This document shows positions 1 to 12,230 of a stretch of DNA of 64,000 nucleotides, in pieces; the first letter of the stretch is position 1; the number at the start of each line of letters is the position of its first letter. This DNA comes from Octopus vulgaris (lineage: Eukaryota). The position numbers and the translations under genes were made by a program. The stretch spans positions 32,426,001-32,490,000 of the forward strand of contig OX597830.1 of NCBI GenBank assembly GCA_951406725.2, read 5' to 3'. The notes beneath the pieces were generated by a model. The model saw only the letters and a program-made list of their open reading frames with translations. It did no database searches and was not told the origin of the DNA.

Positions 1-1
1 T

Positions 2-32
<31 letters not shown>

Positions 33-1699
33 CATACACATACACTTATATGTGCTTATAAATAATATATATATGTGTATATACATGTGCATATATATGT
101 GTATACATGTGGATATATATGTATATATGTATATTTATATGTATATACAGACATGTATATGTGTGTGTGTATGTGTGTGTGTGTGTGTGTGTGTGTAAGT
201 GTACATATATGCATGTACGCATGTAAAGATAGATTAATAGATATATAGATCGATCAAAAAGTATAATTGAAGATCAAAACTCTAAAATGAATTCCAAATA
301 TATAATGGTTTGATTGTATTTTTGGCACTGTATTTGTTGATGCCTTTGAACAACAACAGCAGTAGCAGCAGCAGCAACAACAACAACAACAACAGCAGCA
401 GCAACAGAATTGGAATCACAATCAGTAAAAAAAAAAATAATTAAACAATCACAACAACAATACGGAATGCATTTATTGATTTCACAAAAGGAACATAACA
501 GACCCAACAAAAACACTTACAACGACAACAACAATGATAATAATAATTATTATTATCGTTATAATTATTCTTATTTGTAAAGTTCTTTTGTAGTGATCAA
601 AATAATGACATCCCTAGAACCAGTGGCCTGACTTCAATTAAATTTTATTTGGTGCAGAAAATCTCAAAGAAAAGAAATTAAATTAATGAACAAATTGCGT
701 ACATTGTTGAGAATAACCCCTTTCCCCTCTCTCTTCTCTCTCTTTCCCTCCTTTTTTTCTCTCTCTTTCTCTCTCCTTTCTCCTCTCTCATCTCCCTATT
801 GATTGGGGTAGCAGAGATATAATGATAAGAAACCTAACCACTTTTCCCTCTTAAGTGCCAGGCTAAATGGGTGTTACAATTTAGCTTAATCCTTCTCAGT
901 TTCCCTAAGCAAATTTTCTGGGGCTTTTTCTTCTTTTTTTTTTTAAATTATGGTCCACTTTATCTTCTCTAACCTCTGGATGTCACAGAAAAATATCTCT
1001 ATCTGGAGTATCGAATTTGTTTCTCTTTGCCAGCTAGATTGATGTATAAACTAAATCTTGTGCATTGGATTGGGAAAATTATTCCTAAAGATCCTTTTCA
1101 CTGCACTGGCCATATTTAAAAGGATAAAGGAATCAATAAACATTATTACAACTCTGGTAAACAGTAAAGGAATGAAAGAAATATAAAGAGTCAGCAAAGT
1201 TTGTGGGTAGAGATGTAAGGACCCAAAAAGCCAAAATCTTAACTTATCTGGTGGATATCATGTCCTATAAAGTAAGTCCTTAGAGTAAGGATGAAGATAG
1301 AAACCATCAAAATAAATGCATACAGTTCTTGAGAAAACTAATCAATGCTCGATAAGAAGCTTGCATGGTTTCAGCTTCAGTCATGTCGATAAAATCCATT
1401 TGGACAAACGTATATCTAAATTTGAAAAAAAAAAAAAGAAAAGAAAAGGAAAAATACTTACATTTTGTTCAGCATGTATAGGCAAAGTGAAGGAGAAATA
1501 GGTCACATTTTTGTATGCAGATTCATAAACTTCTATTCATTGGGTTGAAATTACAAGAGATTTCTTTAGGTGGATTGATTTGACTAATTGAAACCAGTAT
1601 TAATCAAAAATCAGATTCCAAGTTTGAATGTCTGCTAGCAATACATGTTGCAGAATACATTGAAATTAAAAAAAGACAATGATTGACTTTTATAAAAGG

Positions 1700-1925
1700 A
1701 TTAATCCTTTAGAATTTAAACCAGTCATATCAGGCCCAAATATTCTACTTAATTTATGTTCAAACTGACCAGATTCAGCCTCTCATGCATACTATACAAT
1801 GTCATACTAAAGATATATGATCACATGATTGATATCCTAAAGCTGTGAGATAATGCATGATTAATTCAAACTGATTTGAATAAATAAAAATATATTTGAC
1901 AGAGCAATCTGAATACGAATGAGTG
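1700..1925. mobile_element. degenerate TTAA-type (piggyBac-like) MITE remnant
   Basis: Starts TTAA-TCCTTTAG, similar to the TTAA-CCCTTT ends at 41 kb; the right end is eroded (aatctgaatacgaatgagt). Confidence 0.3.
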
Positions 1926-2356
1926 GAACATTGCTGCAAGCTGAATGAAGCCAATAGGTTGTATGATTAATATACCCTGCTCTATGTAGTCAATTGACCT
2001 GCTGAGAATAGCTACAAAATCTCTCTTGAATCACACTTTACCATTGTAAAAAATGAAAGCCCACATAGGATAATACATTCTCAGATACACAATGACCAAA
2101 AAAGTAAAAAAAACAAAAAATGACAGGATAAGGAAGGCCACAGCTACACAATAAATTTATCTCTACTAACTTACTCAGTCTACTAGAAACAGAGCCAACA
2201 ACTTCTCCATCTGCATTTTATTTCCTTAAACAAGGAAGGACTCAATAGATAATGTAACATTTGATATATTTAAAAAAGATGGAATGGTCATGGTTTGAAT
2301 TCCTTTGATCATAAGTTTGCTCAGTCAGGCTTGAGCTGGCGCTAAACAACAATATA

Positions 2357-2863
2357 TTGGGTTGTCTAGAAAGTTTGTGCTGATTTTTAAAGGAAAGAAA
2401 AAGATCAATAAATACTTCCCATTACATTTTTAATCAACAAACTATGAATCATTTTGTTGCACAATGCGTCTCCATCTTTCCTTTAACTTAAATATGCCCT
2501 CTTCCCAGACTTGAGGTGGTTTCATGGCAAAGAATTCATCAAGGTATCTTTTTAACGTCATTCAAGGAATTGAAATTTTTACCATTAAGACTATTCTGCA
2601 GAGACCTGAATAAGTAGAAATCCGAAGGAGCAATATTTGGTGAATATGGAGGGTGGGGTAACACATCCCAGCCAAGCTGCAGCAATTTTTGTCTTGTTCC
2701 CAAAGCATCAAGTGCCGAAAATGAACTTTCTTATCTTCCATTTTAAAGAGTTACAGAATTAACACAGGTTATAGGAAATCCTATTTTATGGACTCAACCA
2801 TGTTCTAAAATAAGTTGAAAGGTAAGCTACTATAAATCGGCACAAACTTTCTGGACAACCCAA
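2357..2863 (-). mobile_element. internally deleted mariner element with both TIRs
   Basis: ~30-bp TIRs (ttgggttgtctagaaagtttgtgctgattt / aaatcggcacaaactttctggacaacccaa), each flanked by TA. Minus strand 2565-2705 encodes KLLQLGWDVLPHPPYSPNIAPSDFYLFRSLQNSL, the mariner HPPYSPDLAPSD motif. Confidence 0.92.
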
Positions 2864-3179
2864 TAAAAAACTATATGCCCTGACTGGGTACATCAAAACT
2901 AAAAGATGTTCCAACCACAACTGTTATGATTATTTTAGGTTCCCTATGACTCCATTTTCAGAAATATCTTTTTCTGATTTTCCAAACACCAGCCAAAACT
3001 CTGGCCTATATTCTTGTAATAGTCTAAACTCCATGAAAGGCACCCAAGGACTAGGTTTATCATTCAGTGGTGATACCTCCTTTTTTTCTCTTGCACATGT
3101 TGGACCTGATACCTAAGCATAGTGATCAGGACAATATATGAAAGATAAAGGTTTTCAGTTCAATCCTTGTCAAGAGATC

Positions 3180-3390
3180 ATCAGTTTTATCATTTAACAT
3201 CCAATTTTCTATGCTCGCATGGGTCTGACAGAATTTGTTGAGGCAGATTTTCTACAGCCAGATGCTTCTTCCTGTCACCAACCATTATCTTTCCAAGTGA
3301 TGTAATATTTCCTCATGACCAGACATGTTTTTGTAGCATATTGGAACTGAATGACACTGCTTGTATGACATTCATTTTACAACTGCTATG
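3180..3390 (-). mobile_element. degenerate (GAT)n-tailed retroposon 3' end (variant subfamily)
   Basis: Motif aggcagattttctacagccagatg...ttccaag..gtaatatttcc..atgaccagacatgtttt is shared with copies at ~25120-25345, 33010-33250, 43420-43670 and 50460-50590. Confidence 0.55.
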
Positions 3391-3711
3391 CAATCCATTT
3401 GGATAGAACCAATAATTTCATATGTTGGGAAGTAAGATTCTTAACCACACAGCCAAAAACAAATCCTGTCACAAGATTTTGGTCAGCCTGAGGATATAGA
3501 AAACTCTTGCTTAGGATGCTTGTAATGAGACTGAATTCAAAGCTATGTGGTTGGGAAGCAAAATTAGGTGTAATGGATATATAATGCTGTACACTTCAGT
3601 TAATGTATATAAGTATATATTTATACATATATATCATCTCACCCTACTCTCTCTCTCTCTCACTCTTTCACTCTCTCTCTCTTTCACTCTCTCTCTCTTT
3701 CTATATATATA

Positions 3712-4316
3712 TCATCATCAACATCATCATCATCGTTTAACATCTACTTTCCATGCTAGCATGGGTAGGATGATTTGACTGAAGGCTGGTGAACCAGGCT
3801 TCAATCTAGAACTGGCAGAGTTTCTACAGCTGGATGCCCTTCCTAATGCCAACCACTCAGAGAGTGTAGTGGGTGCTTTTATGTGCCACCGGCATGGAGC
3901 CAGTCAGGCGGTACTGGCAACGACCTCGCTCGAATCTTTTACACATGCCACGGCACAGGTGCCAGTAAGGCGATGCTGGTAACGATCATGCTCAAATGGT
4001 GCCTTTTACATGCCACCAGCATGGAGGCCAGATAGCCACTCTGGCAACGATCACACTCGGATGGTGCATTTTATGTGCCACTGGTACGGAAGCCGGTTAA
4101 CAGCTCTGTCCATGATCACACTCGTATGGTGCTCTTTGCACCCTGCTTACACGGATGCCAGTCATCAAATTTGATTTTGATTTTGATTTCACTTGCCTCA
4201 ACAGGTCTTCACAAGCAGAGTTTTAGTGCCCTAAGAAGGTAAAGGTACACATAAGTGGGCTGGTTACACCCCTGGCATAGGCCATGAGGTTATGGTCTCA
4301 TTTGGCTTGCCGGGTC
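3712..4316 (-). mobile_element. RTE-type LINE 3' end or derived retroposon with (GAT)n tail and internal ~60-bp tandem repeats
   Basis: (CAT)n, then gtttaacatc..tttccatgctagcatggg and ctacagctggatgcccttcctaatgccaacc; about 5 tandem ~60-bp units at 3870-4160. Collinear with the plus-strand copy at 18890-19511. The RTE assignment is inferred from the tail. Confidence 0.75.
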
Positions 4317-4319
4317 ATA

Positions 4320-4718
4320 TCTTTATATATAAAAGTCAAGTTGTGTGTCTGTCTCCTACGATTTAGATTCCTAACTACTCCCACATTTTGCGGTGCAGTT
4401 TAACCAAAACCGGGTATCTTATAGTTGTGATTCATATCGAGCCCTTCTGGGTATTAGCGCACGTCTAGGATGAGTCTACGATTTTAAAAATAATTTACCA
4501 TAATTTTTTTCCATTTTAATGCATTTTTTCGCCATTATATAAGGGAAGTAACTAACTAAAAATGTCCAGGATGAGTCAACGATTTAAAAAAAAATTTACC
4601 ATAATTTTTTTTCCATTTTTAATGCATTTTTTTTGCTATTTTTTGGCTATAACTCTCTAAAAATGCTTATATAGTTATTTCCCTTACAAACCCGAGCAAC
4701 ACCGGGCGATACTGCTAG
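4320..4718 (+). mobile_element. non-autonomous Helitron
   Basis: Inserted as A|TC...CTAG|T. 5' end TCTTTATATATAAAAG; 3' GC hairpin cccgagcaacaccggg about 10 bp before the terminal CTAG; no TSD; internal ~65-bp duplication (4465-4530 / 4566-4633). Confidence 0.85.
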
Positions 4719-5121
4719 TATATATATATAAATATATATATGACATAACGTCAAGTGATACAAGAGGTAGAGATAGATTTAATTTTCCATATGAATTCCA
4801 TATGATTACAACTATTTCATAACCTTCTTTATGCGGTATTAATTTCAGTATGCAAAAATCATATGGACATATGTTCATTATGTATGCTCAGCATTATACA
4901 ATACAATTGTATATTCACAAATTAATGCAAATAAAGAAAGCTAATACATCAGGTCACTGGAACATTAGGGTTACATTTATGGTCTATGCAAATACATATA
5001 GATATGTGTATATGTATGTATGTGTATATATATATCTACACACATACATATATATATATACACATACATATATATACACATATGTATATATAAATACATA
5101 CATGTATATATATATATACAT

Positions 5122-5152
<31 letters not shown>

Positions 5153-5328
5153 AATATATATATATATATATATACATATAAAAGCACATAAGTACATATA
5201 TACACACGCACACATTTGTTTTGTAGTCTATTAGATTTCTCATGTCCATGTGTAAATTTGTGTGTCTGCAACAATGTCAGTGTGTATGTTGGTGTATGTA
5301 TCTGTATGTGTGTTCATTTGTAGACATG

Positions 5329-5385
<57 letters not shown>

Positions 5386-5639
5386 ACGTATATATATATG
5401 TATGTATATATATATAAATATGAAGGAAAATAATGTTGGTGTATATATGTGTATATGCATATGCATGTGTGTATATAAATATACACGTCTTTGTGAAAAT
5501 ATCACTGTGTACTTACGAGATGCATGCATGTGCATATGAGTGTGTAGATGTGTGCCTTTGTGTGTGTGTGTGTGTGTGTGTATGTTTGTGTGCGTGTGAA
5601 GGGGAAGTGTGTGTGAAGGGGCAGAAATAATGATTGCAG

Positions 5640-5880
5640 AAGTGAAGGAAATCAGGTTTAAGGGGTTACTGGCTAATCCATCTCACTAATCCGGTATCAG
5701 TCCATGTCAATATATGGAGACCGAAATTTCTGGACATAAGGAAACGGTTTATATTTATAAAACAATTAAATAAAACAAAAAGAAACAAACACAAACACAA
5801 ACAAACAAAGGAGCCATCAATAACATGTGACCTCAACTTTTAGGGAGTCTTCGTTAATCCTTCCTCGTTTGTGTCAGGGG
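5640..5880. promoter_or_regulatory. candidate cis-regulatory island with clustered TAATCC motifs
   Basis: Unique sequence between microsatellites; TAATCC at 5674, 5687 and 5855, TGACCT at 5828. Confidence 0.3.
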
Positions 5881-6009
5881 TGAGGGGCAGAAAGGGAAGG
5901 GGAAGGAACAAGGACCCTGCTTCTTCCTTTCAATATATATTTGTCCTTCATTACCGTTTTGTCATCAGCAAAGCAACATTTGGCTTTTATTGCATTCTTT
6001 CTAACTGCT

Positions 6010-6126
6010 TTGATTGTTGTTGTTGTTGTTGCTGTTGTTATTGTTGTGGTTGTTGTTGTTGCTGCTGTTGTTACTATTGTTGTTGTTGTTGATATTGCTG
6101 CTGCAGTTGCTGTTGTTGCTGCTGCA

Positions 6127-6157
<31 letters not shown>

Positions 6158-6955
6158 TTGTTGCTGATGATGCTATTGTTAATGTTGTTGTCGTTGTTGT
6201 TGTTGTTGTTTTTGTTGTTATTTAAATCACGTCAACCTGTATAGAGCAGACCTCTGATCAAAGACATTCCAGCTTGTGACCACCTCATCTTTTCACCATT
6301 CCAAATATAGAGTGCAAGAATCCCTTTACTTGTTAGCTCCTTTTTTGCTTTCTTAAGATGGCAGGCTGTATATTGAGGGAGATTTGGCTGCTATGTCTAG
6401 CATATGTGTGTGACTGGTGGAGAAGCAGCTTTTTCAATGACTCAAAACTTACTGTGTCGTAGCTGCTGGCAAAAAGAATTTTTCTAAAATCCATTATGTC
6501 AAGAATACAACCCAAGATAAAGACACACAATAGTGGATATCAAATTATTTGTCCTCCTCCTCCTCCTCCTCCTCCTAATCATCTTCATCATCATCATCAT
6601 CGTCATCATCGTCGTCCTCATCCTCCCCTCCCCTCCCCTTTCTTCCTCCACCGCCTCCTCCTCCACCACCATGTGTTGTCATCATCGCCGTCATCGTCAG
6701 CATCATCATCATCATCATAAAAACTGTCATTGTCGTCATCCTCCCCATCATCACCATCATCATCCTTGTCACCATCCTCACAACCATCATCATCATCATC
6801 ATCATTGACATCATCAACAATAACTTCGTCATCATCGTCGTCATCATCATCGTCATCATCAGTACTACTGCTGCCATCGCTATTGCCACCACCACCACCA
6901 ACACCACCACCACTGCTGTCACCTCTACCACCACTACCACTACCATCATTATGTT
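6010..6955. repeat. compound trinucleotide microsatellites (GTT/GCT; CCT/CAT/CAC)
   Basis: Directly visible; source of the poly-V/L/H/S pseudo-ORFs. Confidence 0.9.
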
Positions 6956-7323
6956 AATATTCTCAGTTGCATGTTTGCAATAAGTAGACAGGAATTTGTC
7001 GAGGCAGATTTTTCAACATATGATATAGAGTTTCAAGAGATGGTCATGACAGGAATGTCTTTTTTTTCAGATTTGGAGATGAACAGAAAGAGAACAGTTT
7101 ACATTAGATGAATATATTTCATAATTTAAAAATAAAAATGTAAATTTTGAAAATGTGTTTTATTATTGTTAATAGTCACAAAACGGTTCCAATATTTAAT
7201 CGATATTCAATACATGGATAATATTTATTGATCTGATTTAACTGTTCAACAGTTTTTCAAAAACATCTTTGAATGGTCACTTAATCAAGCTAGAGATAAC
7301 AGTCAGTCTACCTCAAATCACAT

Positions 7324-7446
7324 GAGGCGGTACGAAGGCTGGGACCCCGGTCCCCCTTCTCCTGTGCGCCTGGCCCACTCTGGTCGCAACCGCGCGTCCG
7401 GTGCTGGCCCGTGTCTCGGTGCCCACGCTGGGTATTCGGACGCCGG
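7324..7446. other. GC-rich structured insert of unknown origin
   Basis: 123 bp at ~72% GC by hand count, CpG-rich, with sharp borders in AT-rich DNA and two stem-loops. Confidence 0.7.
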
Positions 7447-8911
7447 TAGTCTTATAAAGTGGATGATATTTTAGATAACACAGACCAAGATGCTCTTAAA
7501 AGACAATAGGCATCTTGGGCAAATGGCTTTTACTATAGCCTTGGGGTGGCTAAAGTCCTTGTGAGTGTATCTTTTAGACAAAAATTAAAAGAATCTTAAA
7601 ATGTTTGCTACCCAACCACATGGTTCCAGTTTCAGTTCCACTGTGTGGTACCTTGGTCAAGTGTCTTCTACTATAGGCTAACCAAAATCTTGTGAGTGGA
7701 TTTGGGAGATGGAAACTGAAAGAAGCCTGTTGTATACGTGTTGGGGTGGGGGGGGGTGGAGCATGTTGGCTGTGCACCATCATGCCTGTGATGATGATGA
7801 TGACCATCATCATCATCATCATCATCATCATCACTGTCATTTAATATCAGTCTTACATCCGGCATGATTTGGATGGTTTGATAGGATCTGGCAATCCCAA
7901 GGACAGTACCAAGCTCCACTGTCTGTTTTGGCATGGTTTTTACAGCTGGCTGCCCTTCCTAATGCCCACTGCTTTATAGAGTGGATGATGATGATGATGA
8001 TAATGATGATGATATTTTACCAAACTGCTCCCCCGGGAAGTTTTCTAACATTCATTAGATCAAAAGGATCCTGTTTGTAGTCCCTTTTTTTTTTAGAGTA
8101 AGCAAGAAGAATAGGTATATAATAATGACTTTAAAAAATCCCCAAAAAAACAACTACTTAAACATCCAGCCAAACATTAAGTAAGTTTCATTCTTAAGTA
8201 GTTTCAAAATGTCCTACATTTGGTAAAAAAATAAGAACCATTATTTCTATCATAAAACTGAGATTCTGCCAAAAGATTTTCATTTTATTTTCCCATTATT
8301 AAGACAGAATTCTGACATAAAGATGCTTCTGGTATGAAAAAAACTAACTAAATAAATAAATAATGAAATATTTCTTTTTGTTAATTATTACAAAATTTTC
8401 AGAGTTATACATTTTAAACAGAAATTTTATCATCAAAAACTTAAAAAACTAAAGATTAATTTCGTTTTTTTTTTTTTTTGTTTTTTTACTATGAAGACAG
8501 GGGAAGTGATGAGGTCAGCTTTCAGGATATTCAGGGGTCACATGGACAAGATAACAAAAGATTTGCAACATGTGATGAGAATATTATGTATGGAAGACAA
8601 ATTCAAGTCTCTTACATCAGAATGAAATATTTGGATAGCAATATAAAAATGCTATGCTTCATTTCAGGATCTCTTCTGAGGTAATTTATAAATAATAGCT
8701 TTTTTATATAGAAACAAGACTAGAAATTTTTACAGGTGGGGCAGTTTATTATCTCTTTTCCCCCACCCCACCCCTAGTACTAGACTGGTTTTGGTTTCAT
8801 CTTTATCATATTTTTTATCATATTTTTTATCATAATTCTAACTTTAATCTTTCACTTGTTTCAATCACTGGATAGCAGCCATTCAGAGACACTAAATTGA
8901 AGGGTTTAGCT

Positions 8912-9458
8912 CAGGGGTTTTCAGCCATTTTTTTTTCTTATCTATGGACCCTTTTGAATTGCTATTCTATTCTAGTGGACCCCCACAGCCATTTGATATT
9001 TAAAAAAACTAATTTTATAGAAGCTTCTTTCAAAATTCCTATTTGGTTTTTCACACATTCACTTGTGTAAATTGAACTAAGTAAAACTTCAGATAAAAGA
9101 AATTTAGTTGTTTCCTGCAATATAGACATAGGAGTGGCTGTGTGGTAAGTAGCTTGCTTATGAACCACATGGTTCAGGGTTCAGTCCCACTGCATGGCAC
9201 CTTGGGCAAGTGTCTTCTACTATAGCCTTGGGCCAACCAAAGCCTTGTGAGTGGATTTGGTAGACAGAAACTGAAAGAAGCCTGTCGTATGAAAACAAGA
9301 CATTTGTACAACAGAGCCAGAGGTGGTTCCAGCTGGGTTGGAAACGAAAGGGTTAATAACATACTATGGATCTCCAAATTACTGTTTTGCTTGCATGGGC
9401 CCCTAAAAGTCTTACATGAACCCCCAAGGGTCATATAAACCCTGGGTGAGAACCACAG
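8912..9458. mobile_element. hAT-like MITE with nested SINE 5' part (9128-9290) and piggyBac-like MITE fragment (9290-9356)
   Basis: Degenerate TIRs caggggttttcagc / gggtgagaaccacag. The nested fragment ends cgaaagggttaa and matches the 41-kb MITE. Confidence 0.55.
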
Positions 9459-10431
9459 AACTTTAGCCAAACAAATCAATTCCAGTACTTTCTTTTAAAA
9501 AATTTGGTATCCTATCAGTTTATATTCTAAACTGCTGGAGTTAGAGGGACATGAAGAAATTAATGTCAGTTGTCAAGTGGTGGTGAAGGACAAAATTCAA
9601 AGACTCAAATACACACACACACACACACACACACATGCTTGTTTCAGTCACTAGATTATGGCCATGCTAAAGCACCATCTTGAAGGATTCAAACAAATCA
9701 ACAACTTTTTAAAAATTTTGTTGGGGAAGGAAAGGGGCAAGTCGATTATGTTGGCTCTTAGTGCTCAACTGGTACTTATCTCATGGACCCCGAAAGGATG
9801 GAGGGCAGAACCACCCTCAATGGCTTTTGAACTCACCAGTACTGCAACTACTACTAATACCAACAACAACAATAACAGCAATAATAACAGCAATAATAAT
9901 TACAATAATAACAATAAATAGATAAATTTTAAAAGAATTTTTTTAAAAAATCAAACATTATTGATTATGTCACAATAAATTCTCTTTTATGTACATGTTC
10001 TCTGATTAATATTTAATAATAGGAATCATTACTCATTTTAATTACAGATCAATGTTTAATTACAGTCCTATACTATGTTACTTATAGAACAGCACTATAT
10101 TTTATTACATGCTTTGATTCATACAACCCAAAGACAAGTGCAACGGTGCCAGATATCGTAAAAATACAGACACATACGCACACACTGAGTAAAGAGATAT
10201 TCTTGATACAAATTTTAAGAGATGACACATGCTGCATAAATTATTGACTGTGATGTACGTAGATGTAATTAGTTTGGCTACAAAACAAGTTCTGGAGTTG
10301 ACAATACAATGAGGAAAAAACAAAATCGGTTGGAACTTCGCAGTGAGTTTGACCTTGAAAAAATATAAACTCCCAATTAGTATTTAATTGATATTTTCCT
10401 TCGCTTTCTTGTCAATAAAGGAGTTATTATA

Positions 10432-10670
10432 AGGTGGTGAGTTTTCAGAATCGTTAGCATGTTGGGCAAAATGCTTAACCAGAAGTTTTGTTTGTCTTTA
10501 CATTCTGAGCTCAAATTCCGCTGAGGTTGACTTCACTTTTCATCCTTTCATCCTTTGTGGTGGTGGTGGGGAGGTCGATAAAATAAATACCAGTTAAGCA
10601 CTGGGGTTGATGTACTCAACTTATATCCTCCCTGAAATTACTGGCCTTGTGCCAAAATTCGAAACCAGTC
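10432..10670 (+). mobile_element. tRNA-derived SINE family B (degenerate)
   Basis: ggtgagt..cagaatcgttagcat...tcaaattccgctgaggttgacttcactttcatcctttc; homologous to the copy at 33594. Confidence 0.75.
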
Positions 10671-11015
10671 AGAACCCGGTCTACTACCGAGATCGTGTTG
10701 ACTTACAATCAAAGATGCTGAGCATTGAGATCAATCTAGTTAACTTACCTGGTCCCTTGACATTTTAGCCTTGTGCCAAAATTTGAAAACATTAGGACAA
10801 AAGATCATAGCCAAATTTTCCTCAAATCACTACTTTCTGTCATATATATATATAATGGAGAAATTGTACAAAATGTATAATTGGATGATGAGTAAAGCAC
10901 CAGCAGTTTCGATTACCTGTTGTTATCATTAGATTTACTGCAGGTATTTCATAGTGACAGTTGGGGTAACAGTATTAATAAAATAGGAGATGAAATGTGT
11001 AATAGACTTTATTGG

Positions 11016-11057
11016 GTACAACACATGTTTCTACCCATTCTAGGTCTCTTCAGGTAC
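11016..11057 (-). ncRNA. minimal type-I hammerhead ribozyme motif (degenerate), Penelope-like pLTR remnant
   Basis: Minus strand: gtac-CTGAAGA-gacc tagaatg ggta-GAAAC-atgt-GTT-gtac. Stem I pairs; stem II has one mismatch. Confidence 0.55.
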
Positions 11058-11170
11058 ATCAATAAAAAGTCTCACTAGAGATTTCTTGAACTGGCTTACA
11101 TACTGTTATATATCCATCAAATTCGAGAAGACATACATACATATAAAGATAAATGTATGTGTCTGTATGG

Positions 11171-11203
<33 letters not shown>

Positions 11204-11586
11204 AATATTGCTGGCTTTATATATATACATATTGTTGGCTTTATATATATACTTATATATATATTGTTGGCTTTATAGGGTAGGATCTATAATAAGGATA
11301 TAATTTTCTCTACGTATTTTTTGTGATATAAATATATTTTGGACACATTAGGTGCCACATGAAAGCACCTGTGCAATACCATGTAAAAGCACCCAGCACA
11401 CTCTGTAAAGTGGGTGATGTTCGGAAGGGCATCCAGCTGTAGAAACCATGCCAAATCAGACTGGAGTCTGTCAGCTCTGATCAAACTGTTGAATCCATGC
11501 TAGCCTGGACAACATATGTTGAATGGTAATGACGACGATGATGATGATATATGTATGTATACATACATATGTATACATACATCCGA

Positions 11587-11644
11587 TCCTTGGTAGTGTA
11601 GTGGTAAGTATCCCCATCTGCCACGCGGAGACTGAGGTTCGATT
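11587..11644 (+). pseudogene. 3'-truncated tRNA-Asp-derived pseudogene fused to a SINE tail
   Basis: tccttggtagtgtagtggtaagtatccccatctgccacgcggagactgaggttcgatt aligns with metazoan tRNA-Asp(GTC) as I recall it (TCCTCGTTAGTATAGTGGTGAGTATCCCCGCCTGTCACGCGGGAGACCGGGGTTCGATT). Anticodon position reads GCC; the 3' acceptor strand is missing. Confidence 0.8.
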
Positions 11645-11839
11645 TGCTCGACTAAAGGCAGTGCTCCAGCATGGCCACAGTCAAATGACTGAAACAAGTA
11701 AAAGAGTAAAAGCGTAAAAGAGATACAAACTGAGTAATTCAAAGTGAATGGTATATCCTTGGAACATATTCATTACAATATTCACGTGTATGTATTGTTT
11801 GAGTGCCATTTTATTTGAAATACCGTGTATTTACCTGAC

Positions 11840-12230
11840 TGGAGAGGCCAGTGACTTGAGACATGTAAAAATGAAGTGCTTTGCTCAAGGACACAACACA
11901 CCACCAAATCTAGGCATAAAAACCTTAATCTTACGATCATGGGTCAACACCTTTACTACTAAGCCACATAAAAGTAAGGTAAAGGTCCCTTCTTGAGTGA
12001 TAATGACTCATAAGGACCAACTTCCTGGTTTCTGTAGCAAATGTATTAACCCCCTGGATGGGATGCTAGTCTGTCGAAGGGTTACTCACTTTTGTCAGAT
12101 GAGTGGACAGGAGCAATGTGAAATAAAGTGTTTTGCTCAAGAACACAATGCGTCGCCTGGACCTGGAACTGAAACCACAATCTTACAATCATGAGTCCAA
12201 CACACTAACCATTATGCCACATGACGCCAC
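11840..12230 (-). mobile_element. two degenerate tRNA-derived SINE copies (family D, CORE-like)
   Basis: Minus strand tgtgttcttgagcaaaacactttatttcacattgctcc with a tRNA-like head; related to the copy at 32531. Confidence 0.65.

Noticed and set aside
3870-4160. CRISPR-like regularly spaced repeats
   Set aside because: Whole units are homologous with no unique spacers; they lie inside a retroposon in eukaryotic DNA; no cas genes.
7330-7350. HDV- or twister-like ribozyme (minus strand ggtcccagcct)
   Set aside because: Only an ~11-nt resemblance; the required pseudoknot pairings cannot be built.
10900-10940. Additional hammerhead-like motif on the minus strand (CTAATGA...GAAAC)
   Set aside because: Core G is mutated and the stems do not pair convincingly.
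11587-11660. Functional tRNA-Gly(GCC) or tRNA-Asp gene
   Set aside because: No 3' acceptor strand, disrupted stems, and fused to a SINE tail.
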